From Escherichia coli (GTDB taxonomy: Bacteria; Pseudomonadota; Gammaproteobacteria; Enterobacterales; Enterobacteriaceae), in the NCBI RefSeq assembly GCF_003334405.1, contig NZ_QOWM01000004.1: a stretch of 64,000 nucleotides of DNA; one strand, given 5' to 3'. The position numbers and the translations under genes were made by a program. The notes under the pieces are model-generated. The model was not told where the DNA came from and did no database searches. It saw only the letters and a program-made list of their open reading frames with translations. This document shows positions 23,741 through 38,228 of this stretch, one piece after another (position 1 is the stretch's first letter; each line of letters begins with the position of its first letter).

Positions 23741-24095
23741 ACTCTCTCCTTATAACCAATTGTTCTTTTTTTGTTAACATTGATAACAATTCGGTCAGTC
23801 TGTCGGAGAGACAAGAAAATTCCAAATATAAATTTTGTGTATCTTTTTCTGAAAATAAACTAAAGAAAGGGCTTTATATATCACGCATATTTATTTATTG
23901 GATAGTCATTAGATGTTGAATCAATGAATTACTCGTTCAGTTAATATTTAAATATTCATGAAATCTATAAATTAAAGATTTGTCACTTATTGGATTTAGT
24001 ATGCTTGATTTAAATGGCGGACAATTATTGTTATTATTAAGTCTAATGTCATTTAAAGGCATTATCATATTTACGAAGAGATCAGGATGATAACG
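23741..24095. promoter_or_regulatory. AT-rich divergent control region (ssuE promoter / elf fimbrial promoter)
   Basis: 355 bp, visibly very AT-rich with many A/T tracts, between divergent ssuE and elfA. Confidence 0.6.
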
Positions 24096-24635
24096 ATGAA
24101 AAAAAGTGTATTGACGGCGTTTATAACTGTGGTATGTGCAACGTCCAGCGTTATGGCTGCTGATGATAATGCTATCACGGATGGCTCAGTAACATTTAAT
24201 GGTAAAGTTATTGCTCCAGCTTGTACCCTGGTAGCTGCGACGAAAGATTCCGTGGTGACTTTGCCAGATGTTAGTGCCACGAAGTTGCAAACCAATGGTC
24301 AGGTTTCTGGCGTGCAAATTGATGTGCCAATTGAATTAAAAGATTGTGATACTACCGTAACAAAAAATGCAACGTTCACCTTTAATGGCACTGCGGATAC
24401 TACTCAGATTACAGCGTTTGCTAACCAGGCCTCATCTGATGCTGCTACAAACGTGGCCCTGCAAATGTATATGAATGATGGTACAACGGCCATCACGCCA
24501 GACACAGAAACCGGGAACATTTTGTTGCAGGATGGAGATCAGACGTTGACTTTTAAAGTTGATTATATCGCTACGGGGAAAGCGACTTCAGGTAATGTGA
24601 ATGCGGTAACAAATTTCCATATTAACTATTATTAA
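24096..24635 (+). CDS. elfA: Fimbrial major subunit ElfA (YcbQ)
   Basis: 179-aa product with signal peptide MKKSVLTAFITVVCATSSVMA; fimbrial subunit features. Confidence 0.9.
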   Translation: MKKSVLTAFITVVCATSSVMAADDNAITDGSVTFNGKVIAPACTLVAATKDSVVTLPDVSATKLQTNGQVSGVQIDVPIELKDCDTTVTKNATFTFNGTADTTQITAFANQASSDAATNVALQMYMNDGTTAITPDTETGNILLQDGDQTLTFKVDYIATGKATSGNVNAVTNFHINYY

Positions 24636-24717
24636 TAGAACTCATTAATTGTTTTATTAATTAGTACCCCTCCAGTGTTCTGGAGGGGATATTCATATTT
24701 TTTAAGAGTGACTATTT

Positions 24718-25419
24718 ATGAAAACTTGCATAACAAAGGGAATTGTGACCGTAAGTTTAACGGCAATATTACTCAGCTGCTCATCCGCATGGGCGGCAGG
24801 TAAAGGCGGGATTGGACTTGCAGCAACACGTCTTGTTTATTCAGAAGGTGAAGAGCAAATTTCACTGGGTGTACGTAACACCAGTCCGGATGTTCCTTAT
24901 CTTATTCAGTCATGGGTGATGACCCCAGATAATAAAAAATCAGCAGACTTTATTATTACACCACCGCTATTTGTGCTGAATCCGGCAAATGAGAATCTGT
25001 TACGCATTATGTACATTGGAGCGCCGTTGGCGAAAGACAGAGAAACCCTTTTCTTCACTAGCGTACGGGCAGTCCCTTCAACAACGAAGCGGAAAGAGGG
25101 AAATACCCTGAAGATTGCCACACAAAGCGTCATCAAACTTTTCTGGCGACCAAAAGGTTTAGCGTATCCCTTAGGCGAGGCTCCGGCGAAACTGCGTTGC
25201 ACTTCGTCAGCTGACATGGTTACGGTCAGTAACCCAACACCTTATTTCATTACCCTGACAGACCTGAAAATAGGTGGAAAAGTAGTTAAAAATCAAATGA
25301 TTTCCCCCTTTGATAAATACCAATTTTCTCTGCCAAAGGGGGCCAAAAATAGCAGCGTAACGTATCGAACCATCAATGACTACGGGGCGGAAACGCCGCA
25401 ACTCAACTGTAAATCGTAA
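24718..25419 (+). CDS. elfD: Periplasmic fimbrial chaperone ElfD (YcbR)
   Basis: 233-aa PapD-like chaperone with signal peptide. Confidence 0.9.
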   Translation: MKTCITKGIVTVSLTAILLSCSSAWAAGKGGIGLAATRLVYSEGEEQISLGVRNTSPDVPYLIQSWVMTPDNKKSADFIITPPLFVLNPANENLLRIMYIGAPLAKDRETLFFTSVRAVPSTTKRKEGNTLKIATQSVIKLFWRPKGLAYPLGEAPAKLRCTSSADMVTVSNPTPYFITLTDLKIGGKVVKNQMISPFDKYQFSLPKGAKNSSVTYRTINDYGAETPQLNCKS

Positions 25420-25443
25420 GCCGTCTTCAGTTAAGAGAGCGAG

Positions 25444-29105
<3,662 letters not shown>

Positions 29106-29116
29106 CGCGTGAACGT

Positions 29117-29659
29117 ATGAAGAAAAAAACGATATTTCAGTGCGTTATCTTGTTCTTTAGCATTCTTAACATCCATGTCGGGATGGCTGGGCCTGAACAA
29201 GTTAGTATGCATATTTATGGGAATGTGGTCGATCAGGGCTGTGATGTCGCCACCAAAAGTGCATTACAAAATATTCATATTGGTGATTTTAATATCAGTG
29301 ATTTTCAGGCCGCGAATACCGTAAGCACTGCTGCTGATTTGAATATCGATATCACCGGTTGTGCCGCTGGTATTACTGGCGCGGACGTCCTTTTTAGCGG
29401 CGAGGCTGACACCCTTGCGCCGACACTGCTCAAACTAACTGACACAGGCGGAAGCGGTGGTATGGCAACGGGGATTGCCGTGCAAATTCTTGATGCGCAA
29501 AGTCAGCAAGAAATCCCGCTCAATCAGGTCCAGCCTCTTACGCCCTTAAAAGCCGGGGATAACACACTCAAATATCAACTTCGTTATAAGTCCACAAAGG
29601 CGGGAGCAACGGGCGGTAATGCGACGGCGGTTCTCTATTTTGATCTGGTTTACCAGTGA
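29117..29659 (+). CDS. ycbU: Fimbrial-like protein YcbU
   Basis: 180-aa ORF with signal peptide and fimbrial-subunit-like features. Confidence 0.85.
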   Translation: MKKKTIFQCVILFFSILNIHVGMAGPEQVSMHIYGNVVDQGCDVATKSALQNIHIGDFNISDFQAANTVSTAADLNIDITGCAAGITGADVLFSGEADTLAPTLLKLTDTGGSGGMATGIAVQILDAQSQQEIPLNQVQPLTPLKAGDNTLKYQLRYKSTKAGATGGNATAVLYFDLVYQ

Positions 29660-29666
29660 AGGAGTG

Positions 29667-30182
29667 ATGTTGAAACGGATAATCTGGATTCTGTTCTTAT
29701 TGGGATTAACGTGGGGCTGTGAGCTATTTGCCCATGATGGCACGGTCAACATTAGCGGATCGTTTCGCCGTAATACATGCGTGCTGGCACAGGATAGCAA
29801 GCAAATCAATGTGCAGTTAGGCGATGTCTCGCTGACACGTTTTTCTCATGGGAATTATGGCCCGGAGAAATCTTTCATCATTAATTTGCAGGATTGCGGA
29901 ACAGATGTCAGCACGGTTGACGTCACCTTTTCAGGAACCCCCGACGGAGTGCAGAGCGAAATGTTGTCCATTGAAAGTGGTACGGATGCAGCCAGCGGGC
30001 TGGCAATTGCGATTCTGGATGATGCGAAGATATTGATTCCGCTTAACCAGGCGAGTAAAGACTACAGCCTACATAGCGGTAAGGTGCCATTAACTTTTTA
30101 TGCGCAATTGCGACCTGTCAATAGCGATGTGCAGTCGGGTAAAGTGAATGCCAGCGCGACATTTGTACTTCATTATGACTAA
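29667..30182 (+). CDS. ycbV: Fimbrial-like protein YcbV
   Basis: 171-aa product from ATG 29667 preceded by aaggag RBS; track ORF start at 29619 would overlap ycbU. Confidence 0.85.
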   Translation: MLKRIIWILFLLGLTWGCELFAHDGTVNISGSFRRNTCVLAQDSKQINVQLGDVSLTRFSHGNYGPEKSFIINLQDCGTDVSTVDVTFSGTPDGVQSEMLSIESGTDAASGLAIAILDDAKILIPLNQASKDYSLHSGKVPLTFYAQLRPVNSDVQSGKVNASATFVLHYD

Positions 30183-30885
30183 TACGTGGAACAGATTGGC
30201 GCTCTTGATTTTCGCCGTTTTATCGCTGCTGGTGGCGGGTGAATTGCAGGCAGGAGTGGTGGTCGGCGGAACGCGATTTATCTTTCCGGCAGACAGAGAA
30301 TCGATATCTATTTTACTGACTAATACCAGTCAGGAATCCTGGCTTATTAACAGTAAAATCAACCGCCCAACGCGTTGGGCCGGGGGGGAAGCGTCGACAG
30401 TGCCAGCACCATTACTGGCCGCTCCGCCACTTATTCTCCTGAAGCCCGGTACGACAGGCACGTTGCGCTTGCTGAGAACGGAAAGCGACATCTTGCCTGT
30501 GGATCGCGAAACGCTATTTGAGTTAAGCATTGCCAGCGTGCCATCCGGCAAAGTTGAAAATCAGAGCGTAAAAGTGGCGATGCGCTCGGTATTTAAACTG
30601 TTCTGGCGACCCGAAGGTTTGCCGGGCGACCCGCTGGAAGCTTATCAACAATTACGCTGGACACGGAATTCGCAGGGTGTACAACTCACTAACCCAACGC
30701 CTTATTACATTAACCTGATTCAGGTGAGTGTAAATGGTAAAGCGTTAAGTAATGTGGGAGTTGTGCCGCCTAAAAGCCAGCGTCAGACAAGCTGGTGTCA
30801 GGCAATCGCACCGTGTCATGTCGCCTGGCGGGCGATAAATGATTACGGCGGGTTGAGTGCAAAGAAGGAGCAAAATCTGCCCTGA
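30175..30885 (+). CDS. ycbF: Second periplasmic fimbrial chaperone YcbF
   Basis: PapD-like chaperone; start uncertain between ATG 30148 and ATG 30175. Confidence 0.8.
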   Translation: MTNTWNRLALLIFAVLSLLVAGELQAGVVVGGTRFIFPADRESISILLTNTSQESWLINSKINRPTRWAGGEASTVPAPLLAAPPLILLKPGTTGTLRLLRTESDILPVDRETLFELSIASVPSGKVENQSVKVAMRSVFKLFWRPEGLPGDPLEAYQQLRWTRNSQGVQLTNPTPYYINLIQVSVNGKALSNVGVVPPKSQRQTSWCQAIAPCHVAWRAINDYGGLSAKKEQNLP

Positions 30886-30893
30886 AACAGGTT

Positions 30894-30909
30894 CGGAAAA
30901 CGTTTGCGT
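30894..30909. promoter_or_regulatory. PurR-box-like operator upstream of pyrD
   Basis: cggaAAACGTTTGCGT matches the PurR consensus ACGCAAACGTTTGCGT at 13 of 16 positions. Confidence 0.5.
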
Positions 30910-30995
30910 TTTTTTTGCCGCAGGTCAATTCCCTTTTGGTCCGAACTCGCACATAATACGCCCCCGGTTTGCACACCGGGAATCCAGGAGAGTTC

Positions 30996-32006
30996 ATGTA
31001 CTACCCCTTCGTTCGTAAAGCCCTTTTCCAGCTCGATCCAGAGCGCGCTCATGAGTTTACTTTTCAGCAATTACGCCGTATTACAGGAACGCCGTTTGAA
31101 GCACTGGTGCGGCAGAAAGTGCCTGCGAAACCTGTTAACTGCATGGGCCTGACGTTTAAAAATCCGCTTGGTCTGGCAGCCGGTCTTGATAAAGACGGGG
31201 AGTGCATTGACGCGTTAGGCGCGATGGGATTTGGATCGATCGAGATCGGTACCGTCACGCCACGTCCACAGCCAGGTAATGACAAGCCGCGTCTCTTTCG
31301 TCTGGTAGATGCCGAAGGTTTGATCAACCGTATGGGCTTTAATAATCTTGGCGTTGATAACCTCGTAGAGAACGTAAAAAAGGCCCATTATGACGGCGTC
31401 CTGGGTATTAACATCGGCAAAAATAAAGATACGCCAGTGGAGCAGGGCAAAGATGACTATCTGATTTGTATGGAAAAAATCTATGCCTATGCGGGATATA
31501 TCGCCATCAATATTTCATCGCCGAATACCCCAGGATTACGCACGCTGCAATATGGTGAAGCGCTGGATGATCTCTTAACCGCGATTAAAAATAAGCAAAA
31601 TGATTTGCAAGCGATGCACCATAAATATGTGCCGATCGCAGTGAAGATCGCGCCGGATCTTTCTGAAGAAGAATTGATCCAGGTTGCCGATAGTTTAGTT
31701 CGCCATAATATTGATGGCGTTATTGCAACCAATACCACACTCGATCGTTCTCTTGTTCAGGGAATGAAAAATTGCGATCAAACCGGTGGCTTAAGTGGTC
31801 GTCCGCTTCAGTTAAAAAGCACCGAAATTATTCGCCGCTTGTCACTGGAATTAAACGGTCGCTTACCGATCATCGGTGTTGGCGGCATCGACTCGGTTAT
31901 CGCTGCGCGTGAAAAGATTGCTGCGGGTGCCTCACTGGTGCAAATTTATTCTGGTTTTATTTTTAAAGGTCCGCCGCTGATTAAAGAAATCGTTACCCAT
32001 ATCTAA
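30996..32006 (+). CDS. pyrD: Dihydroorotate dehydrogenase (quinone)
   Basis: 336-aa product from ATG 30996 ([21 protein letters not shown]...); recognised as PyrD. Confidence 0.96.
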
Positions 32007-32179
32007 TTATTTCTTCGAATTCCTCTTTATAAGATAATCAGGGCTTTATTTTCAGCCCTGGTTGTTTTATATTCATCGCTGTTGCTTATTTAGACATTTT
32101 GTACTTTTATTGTTGAGGTTATTAAGCGAAGCGACAATGGATTGTGTTGCTGCGGTTTTATAGGGTAGGGGAGAGGCAG

Positions 32180-32722
32180 ATGCGAATTAAACCAGACGAT
32201 AACTGGCGTTGGTATTACGATGAAGAGCACGATCGAATGATGCTCGATTTAGCCAATGGTATGCTATTTCGCTCACGTTTTGCGCGCAAGATGTTGACTC
32301 CAGATGCCTTTTCTCCCGCAGGCTTTTGCGTTGACGACGCCGCGCTCTATTTCTCTTTTGAAGAAAAGTGCCGCGATTTTAATTTATCTAAAGAACAAAA
32401 AGCCGAACTGGTGCTGAATGCACTGGTAGCAATTCGCTATCTCAAACCGCAAATGCCGAAAAGCTGGCATTTTGTTTCCCATGGTGAAATGTGGGTGCCC
32501 ATGCCGGGCGATGCGGCCTGCGTTTGGTTGAGCGATACTCACGAGCAGGTCAATTTGCTGGTCGTTGAATCTGGCGAAAATGCCGCACTATGCCTGCTGG
32601 CACAACCCTGCGTTGTTATTGCGGGTCGCGCGATGCAGTTGGGCGACGCCATTAAAATCATGAACGACAGGCTGAAACCGCAGGTTAATGTTGACAGCTT
32701 CAGCCTCGAACAGGCAGTCTAA
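32180..32722 (+). CDS. zapC: Cell division protein ZapC
   Basis: 180-aa product from ATG 32180 ([24 protein letters not shown]...); recognised as ZapC/YcbW. Confidence 0.9.
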
Positions 32723-33828
32723 CGCGCCAACTTAAGTGCAGTCTTCGGTACACAGCTACAGCAAAGAATGGTGCCATCATCGCCCATTGCTGATTTTTTC
32801 AGCGGCGTGACTTCGCCTTCTAAAAGCTGAACACGGCAACTTCCACAAATGCCCGCGCGGCAAGAATAAGGGATACGAATTCCCTGATTTTCTAATTGCT
32901 CCAGCAACACCTGTTGGTTATTTCCACGAAATGCCTGTCCCTGCCAGTCAATATCTACATTTGCGTCCGGTTGTTGCGTGATGTTGGCGGTATCATCAGC
33001 GGCAGCTGCGCCGTAAATTTTTGCCGGAGCCGTTGCCAGAATTTCCACCTCATCGCCAACGCGAATCACGCCGCTATTACGGGCAATTAAATTCTGACCA
33101 AAATCGACATCGCCGTTATCCTGGGCAGTGCGGAAAGATTGCAATGTTTTTAATGGTTCGCCTGCCGGATGTTTTTGCCCTTTTTCTGGGCTGACGGTGG
33201 TGAAAATACAGCGGCTACAAGGTTTAACCACATCAAACACCACATCACCAATGCGAATCACTTTCCAGCGATCTTCTTCCCAGGCTGACGCGCCGGAAAC
33301 CACCAGATTGGGGCGGAATTGCTCCATTTTTACACTGGCCGGACAACGTTGTTGGAGATCACGTAACGAGGCTTCGTTAGCAAGAAGGTAAGGATAGCCA
33401 TCAGCAAATGACAGAGGTACAGTGTTGTGGCGTTTCACGCGCCGGGTCATTTGTGGCCCCACCCAGCGTAATTGCACTTCGCGGGAGAAAAATCCACTTA
33501 GCCATTTGTTGATCGCGTCTGGCGCAATTCGCGCGGTAAAATGTGTGCCCCAAACTTCGGTTGGTGCGTCTTGTGTGGCGAAATCAGCAAAACGAACATA
33601 TGCGCTACTGCCATCTGGTGCGGTGAGATGCAAGCCATCATGCACAGGTGAAGGAGTAAACCGTACCATCTGGGGAAACTGGCGAGCGGTAATAAACGTA
33701 CCGTCAGGTTCCGTGATCATAAAGATGCGATCGAAGGCCAGACCACTGACATCTGCCAGAGCATGTGTAAGACCAATGCCGCGCATCGATTTAACAGGAT
33801 GAATAAAAAGCCGGATTAATGTCGCCAC
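32719..33828 (-). CDS. ycbX: MOSC-domain protein with C-terminal 2Fe-2S ferredoxin domain (YcbX)
   Basis: 369-aa ORF; C-terminal Cys cluster [11 protein letters not shown]...CCSC; 4-nt convergent overlap with zapC. Confidence 0.92.
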
Positions 33829-33864
33829 GGTGCGGTCCTCAAATGAAAATAAGCCCTCAACTTT

Positions 33865-33892
33865 ATGACATGACGCGCTTATTAGCTATAAT
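33865..33892 (+). promoter_or_regulatory. Candidate sigma70 promoter for rlmL
   Basis: -35 ATGACA, 16-bp spacer, perfect -10 TATAAT at 33887-33892, about 180 nt upstream of rlmL ATG. Confidence 0.4.
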
Positions 33893-34071
33893 GCGCAACA
33901 ATTTTCTTAGCGCCTGTCCCATTAGGCTATTTTATTTGTCAGTTTGGCCCTGGGTTATGCTCGAAATCCTCACGTACTTGTGTACGCTCCGGTTTCTCCG
34001 CGCTGTCCATGTCCAGACTGACTGCAACAATTACGCCTACTGCGGTAGGCTCTTAGAGTAAAAGTGACGAT

Positions 34072-36180
34072 ATGAATTCTCTGTTTGCCAGTACGGCCCG
34101 TGGGCTGGAAGAGCTGTTAAAAACTGAACTGGAAAACCTGGGGGCCGTTGAATGCCAGGTGGTTCAGGGTGGGGTCCATTTCAAGGGCGACACACGGCTT
34201 GTTTACCAGAGCCTGATGTGGAGCCGCCTGGCCTCGCGTATTATGTTGCCGCTGGGCGAGTGTAAGGTTTACAGCGATTTAGACCTCTATCTCGGTGTTC
34301 AGGCGATCAACTGGACAGAGATGTTTAATCCTGGCGCGACCTTCGCTGTCCACTTCAGTGGTTTGAATGACACCATCCGCAACAGTCAGTACGGCGCGAT
34401 GAAAGTGAAAGACGCGATCGTCGATGCTTTCACGCGGAAAAATCTGCCGCGTCCAAATGTTGATCGCGATGCGCCGGATATCCGCGTTAACGTCTGGCTG
34501 CATAAAGAAACCGCCAGTATCGCTCTTGATCTGAGTGGTGATGGTTTACATCTGCGTGGCTATCGCGATCGTGCTGGTATTGCGCCGATCAAAGAAACCC
34601 TGGCAGCCGCTATTGTGATGCGATCCGGCTGGCAGCCAGGAACACCGCTGCTCGATCCGATGTGTGGTTCCGGTACGTTGCTGATTGAAGCAGCGATGCT
34701 GGCGACCGATCGCGCACCAGGCTTGCACCGTGGGCGTTGGGGCTTTAGCGGCTGGGCGCAGCATGATGAAGCTATCTGGCAGGAAGTGAAAGCGGAAGCG
34801 CAAACTCGCGCCCGTAAAGGCCTGGCTGAGTATAGCTCTCATTTTTACGGTTCGGACAGCGACGCACGGGTGATTCAACGTGCACGCACTAACGCCCGTC
34901 TTGCGGGGATTGGTGAACTGATCACCTTTGAGGTGAAAGATGTCGCGCAACTGACCAATCCGCTGCCGAAAGGGCCGTACGGCACAGTGTTGAGCAACCC
35001 GCCATACGGGGAACGTCTGGACAGCGAACCGGCGCTGATTGCGCTGCATAGCCTGCTGGGTCGGATCATGAAAAACCAGTTTGGTGGCTGGAATCTCTCT
35101 TTGTTTAGTGCCTCGCCGGATCTGCTAAGCTGCTTGCAGCTGCGTGCAGACAAACAGTACAAGGCGAAAAACGGCCCGCTGGACTGCGTACAGAAAAATT
35201 ACCACGTTGCCGAAAGCACTCCAGACAGCAAACCGGCGATGGTAGCGGAAGACTACACCAACCGCCTGCGTAAGAACCTCAAAAAATTCGAGAAGTGGGC
35301 TCGCCAGGAAGGGATTGAATGTTACCGCCTGTATGACGCCGATCTGCCAGAATATAACGTTGCCGTTGACCGTTATGCCGACTGGGTGGTGGTGCAGGAG
35401 TATGCGCCGCCAAAAACTATTGATGCTCACAAAGCGCGTCAGCGTCTGTTCGATATTATCGCTGCAACCATTTCGGTACTGGGGATTGCGCCAAACAAAC
35501 TGGTGCTGAAAACCCGTGAACGCCAGAAGGGCAAAAACCAATACCAGAAACTGGGCGAGAAGGGCGAGTTTCTTGAAGTTACCGAATATAACGCTCACTT
35601 GTGGGTGAACCTGACGGATTATCTCGATACTGGTCTGTTCCTCGATCACCGCATCGCCCGTCGTATGCTCGGTCAGATGAGCAAAGGCAAAGATTTCCTC
35701 AACCTGTTCTCTTATACCGGCAGCGCCACCGTGCATGCGGGATTAGGCGGTGCACGCAGCACCACCACCGTGGATATGTCGCGTACTTATCTGGAATGGG
35801 CAGAACGCAACCTGCGTCTGAATGGCCTGACCGGGCGTGCGCATCGCCTGATTCAGGCCGATTGCCTGGCGTGGCTGCGTGAGGCAAATGAACAGTTCGA
35901 TCTGATCTTTATCGATCCGCCAACCTTCTCTAACTCAAAACGAATGGAAGATGCGTTTGATGTTCAGCGCGATCATCTGGCGCTGATGAAAGATTTGAAA
36001 CGTCTGCTGCGTGCAGGTGGGACGATCATGTTCTCGAACAACAAACGTGGCTTCCGTATGGATCTCGACGGCCTGGCAAAACTGGGACTGAAAGCACAAG
36101 AAATTACGCAAAAAACGCTCTCCCAGGATTTCGCCCGTAACCGCCAGATCCACAACTGCTGGCTGATTACCGCAGCCTGA
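34072..36180 (+). CDS. rlmL: Bifunctional 23S rRNA m2G2445/m7G2069 methyltransferase RlmKL
   Basis: 702-aa ORF with THUMP and SAM-methyltransferase motifs; recognised as RlmL/YcbY. Confidence 0.95.
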   Translation: MNSLFASTARGLEELLKTELENLGAVECQVVQGGVHFKGDTRLVYQSLMWSRLASRIMLPLGECKVYSDLDLYLGVQAINWTEMFNPGATFAVHFSGLNDTIRNSQYGAMKVKDAIVDAFTRKNLPRPNVDRDAPDIRVNVWLHKETASIALDLSGDGLHLRGYRDRAGIAPIKETLAAAIVMRSGWQPGTPLLDPMCGSGTLLIEAAMLATDRAPGLHRGRWGFSGWAQHDEAIWQEVKAEAQTRARKGLAEYSSHFYGSDSDARVIQRARTNARLAGIGELITFEVKDVAQLTNPLPKGPYGTVLSNPPYGERLDSEPALIALHSLLGRIMKNQFGGWNLSLFSASPDLLSCLQLRADKQYKAKNGPLDCVQKNYHVAESTPDSKPAMVAEDYTNRLRKNLKKFEKWARQEGIECYRLYDADLPEYNVAVDRYADWVVVQEYAPPKTIDAHKARQRLFDIIAATISVLGIAPNKLVLKTRERQKGKNQYQKLGEKGEFLEVTEYNAHLWVNLTDYLDTGLFLDHRIARRMLGQMSKGKDFLNLFSYTGSATVHAGLGGARSTTTVDMSRTYLEWAERNLRLNGLTGRAHRLIQADCLAWLREANEQFDLIFIDPPTFSNSKRMEDAFDVQRDHLALMKDLKRLLRAGGTIMFSNNKRGFRMDLDGLAKLGLKAQEITQKTLSQDFARNRQIHNCWLITAA

Positions 36181-36191
36181 AAGGAATAGTA

Positions 36192-38099
36192 ATGTCATTA
36201 ATCAGTATGCATGGCGCATGGCTGTCGTTCAGCGACGCGCCGCTTCTCGATAACGCAGAACTGCATATCGAAGATAACGAACGTGTTTGTCTGGTGGGCC
36301 GCAACGGCGCAGGCAAATCGACGTTAATGAAAATCCTCAACCGTGAACAAGGGCTGGATGACGGTCGCATTATTTACGAGCAAGATTTGATTGTAGCGCG
36401 TCTGCAACAGGATCCGCCGCGTAACGTTGAGGGTAGCGTTTATGATTTCGTTGCCGAAGGCATTGAAGAACAAGCGGAATATCTGAAACGCTATCACGAT
36501 ATTTCGCGCCTGGTGATGAACGACCCGAGCGAGAAAAATCTCAACGAACTGGCGAAGGTTCAGGAACAGCTGGATCACCACAACCTGTGGCAGCTGGAAA
36601 ACCGCATCAACGAAGTGCTGGCGCAACTGGGGTTAGATCCTAACGTTGCGCTGTCGTCGCTTTCCGGCGGCTGGTTGCGTAAAGCGGCATTAGGACGCGC
36701 GCTGGTGAGTAATCCGCGCGTGCTGTTGCTTGATGAACCGACAAACCACCTGGATATTGAAACCATCGACTGGCTGGAAGGGTTTTTGAAAACTTTCAAC
36801 GGGACGATTATTTTCATCTCCCACGACCGTTCGTTTATCCGCAATATGGCGACGCGCATTGTTGATCTCGATCGCGGCAAGCTGGTGACCTATCCAGGGA
36901 ATTACGACCAGTACCTGCTGGAAAAAGAAGAAGCCCTGCGCGTGGAAGAATTACAAAATGCCGAGTTCGATCGCAAACTGGCGCAGGAAGAGGTGTGGAT
37001 CCGCCAGGGGATCAAAGCACGCCGTACCCGTAATGAAGGCCGCGTACGCGCCCTGAAAGCGATGCGTCGCGAACGTGGTGAACGTCGCGAAGTGATGGGT
37101 ACCGCAAAGATGCAGGTGGAAGAGGCCAGCCGCTCCGGTAAAATCGTTTTCGAAATGGAAGACGTTTGCTACCAGGTTAACGGTAAGCAACTGGTGAAAG
37201 ATTTTTCTGCCCAGGTTCTACGTGGCGACAAAATTGCCCTGATTGGTCCGAATGGGTGCGGCAAAACCACGCTGCTAAAACTGATGCTCGGTCAGCTTCA
37301 AGCGGACAGCGGGCGTATTCACGTTGGCACCAAACTGGAAGTGGCTTATTTCGATCAGCACCGCGCGGAACTGGATCCCGATAAAACGGTGATGGATAAC
37401 CTTGCCGAAGGTAAGCAAGAGGTGATGGTTAACGGCAAGCCACGCCACGTATTGGGCTATTTGCAGGACTTTCTGTTCCATCCGAAACGGGCGATGACGC
37501 CGGTACGTGCGCTTTCTGGCGGTGAGCGGAACCGCTTGCTGCTGGCGCGTTTGTTCCTCAAACCAAGCAACTTATTGATTCTTGACGAACCGACCAACGA
37601 TCTTGATGTCGAAACGCTGGAACTGCTGGAAGAACTGATCGACAGCTATCAGGGCACGGTATTGCTGGTTAGCCACGATCGTCAGTTTGTCGATAACACC
37701 GTTACAGAATGTTGGATCTTCGAAGGCGGCGGTAAAATTGGTCGTTATGTCGGCGGTTATCATGATGCCCGTGGTCAGCAAGAGCAGTATGTGGCGCTCA
37801 AACAGCCTGCGGTGAAAAAAACCGAAGAAGCCGCCGCGGCAAAAGCAGAAACTGTAAAACGCAGCAGTAGCAAACTAAGCTATAAATTGCAGCGCGAACT
37901 GGAGCAGCTACCGCAATTGCTCGAAGATCTGGAGGCGAAGCTGGAAGCCCTACAGACGCAAGTGGCGGATGCTTCCTTCTTCAGTCAGCCGCATGAGCAG
38001 ACGCAAAAAGTGCTTGCTGATATGGCTGCTGCAGAGCAGGAGCTGGAGCAAGCCTTTGAACGCTGGGAGTATCTTGAAGCGTTAAAAAATGGTGGCTGA
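36192..38099 (+). CDS. uup: ABC-F family ATPase Uup
   Basis: 635-aa ORF with two Walker A motifs (GRNGAGKST, GPNGCGKTT), no membrane domain, coiled-coil C-terminus. Confidence 0.96.
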   Translation: MSLISMHGAWLSFSDAPLLDNAELHIEDNERVCLVGRNGAGKSTLMKILNREQGLDDGRIIYEQDLIVARLQQDPPRNVEGSVYDFVAEGIEEQAEYLKRYHDISRLVMNDPSEKNLNELAKVQEQLDHHNLWQLENRINEVLAQLGLDPNVALSSLSGGWLRKAALGRALVSNPRVLLLDEPTNHLDIETIDWLEGFLKTFNGTIIFISHDRSFIRNMATRIVDLDRGKLVTYPGNYDQYLLEKEEALRVEELQNAEFDRKLAQEEVWIRQGIKARRTRNEGRVRALKAMRRERGERREVMGTAKMQVEEASRSGKIVFEMEDVCYQVNGKQLVKDFSAQVLRGDKIALIGPNGCGKTTLLKLMLGQLQADSGRIHVGTKLEVAYFDQHRAELDPDKTVMDNLAEGKQEVMVNGKPRHVLGYLQDFLFHPKRAMTPVRALSGGERNRLLLARLFLKPSNLLILDEPTNDLDVETLELLEELIDSYQGTVLLVSHDRQFVDNTVTECWIFEGGGKIGRYVGGYHDARGQQEQYVALKQPAVKKTEEAAAAKAETVKRSSSKLSYKLQRELEQLPQLLEDLEAKLEALQTQVADASFFSQPHEQTQKVLADMAAAEQELEQAFERWEYLEALKNGG

Positions 38100-38228
38100 T
38101 CGCAAAATAGTCGATTTAAACAGAGACAGCTGACAACGGTAAAATTGCCTGATGAACTGGGTTTATCAGGCATGAAAACCAACACTTTGTTAGTCATCTG
38201 TAAAATAGCGCATCATTAAGGAGTACCA

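Noticed and set aside
33819-34061. 80-aa ORF filling the ycbX-rlmL intergenic region
   Set aside because: Begins inside the ycbX start region, has no clear RBS and overlaps a near-consensus promoter for rlmL. More likely a non-coding leader.
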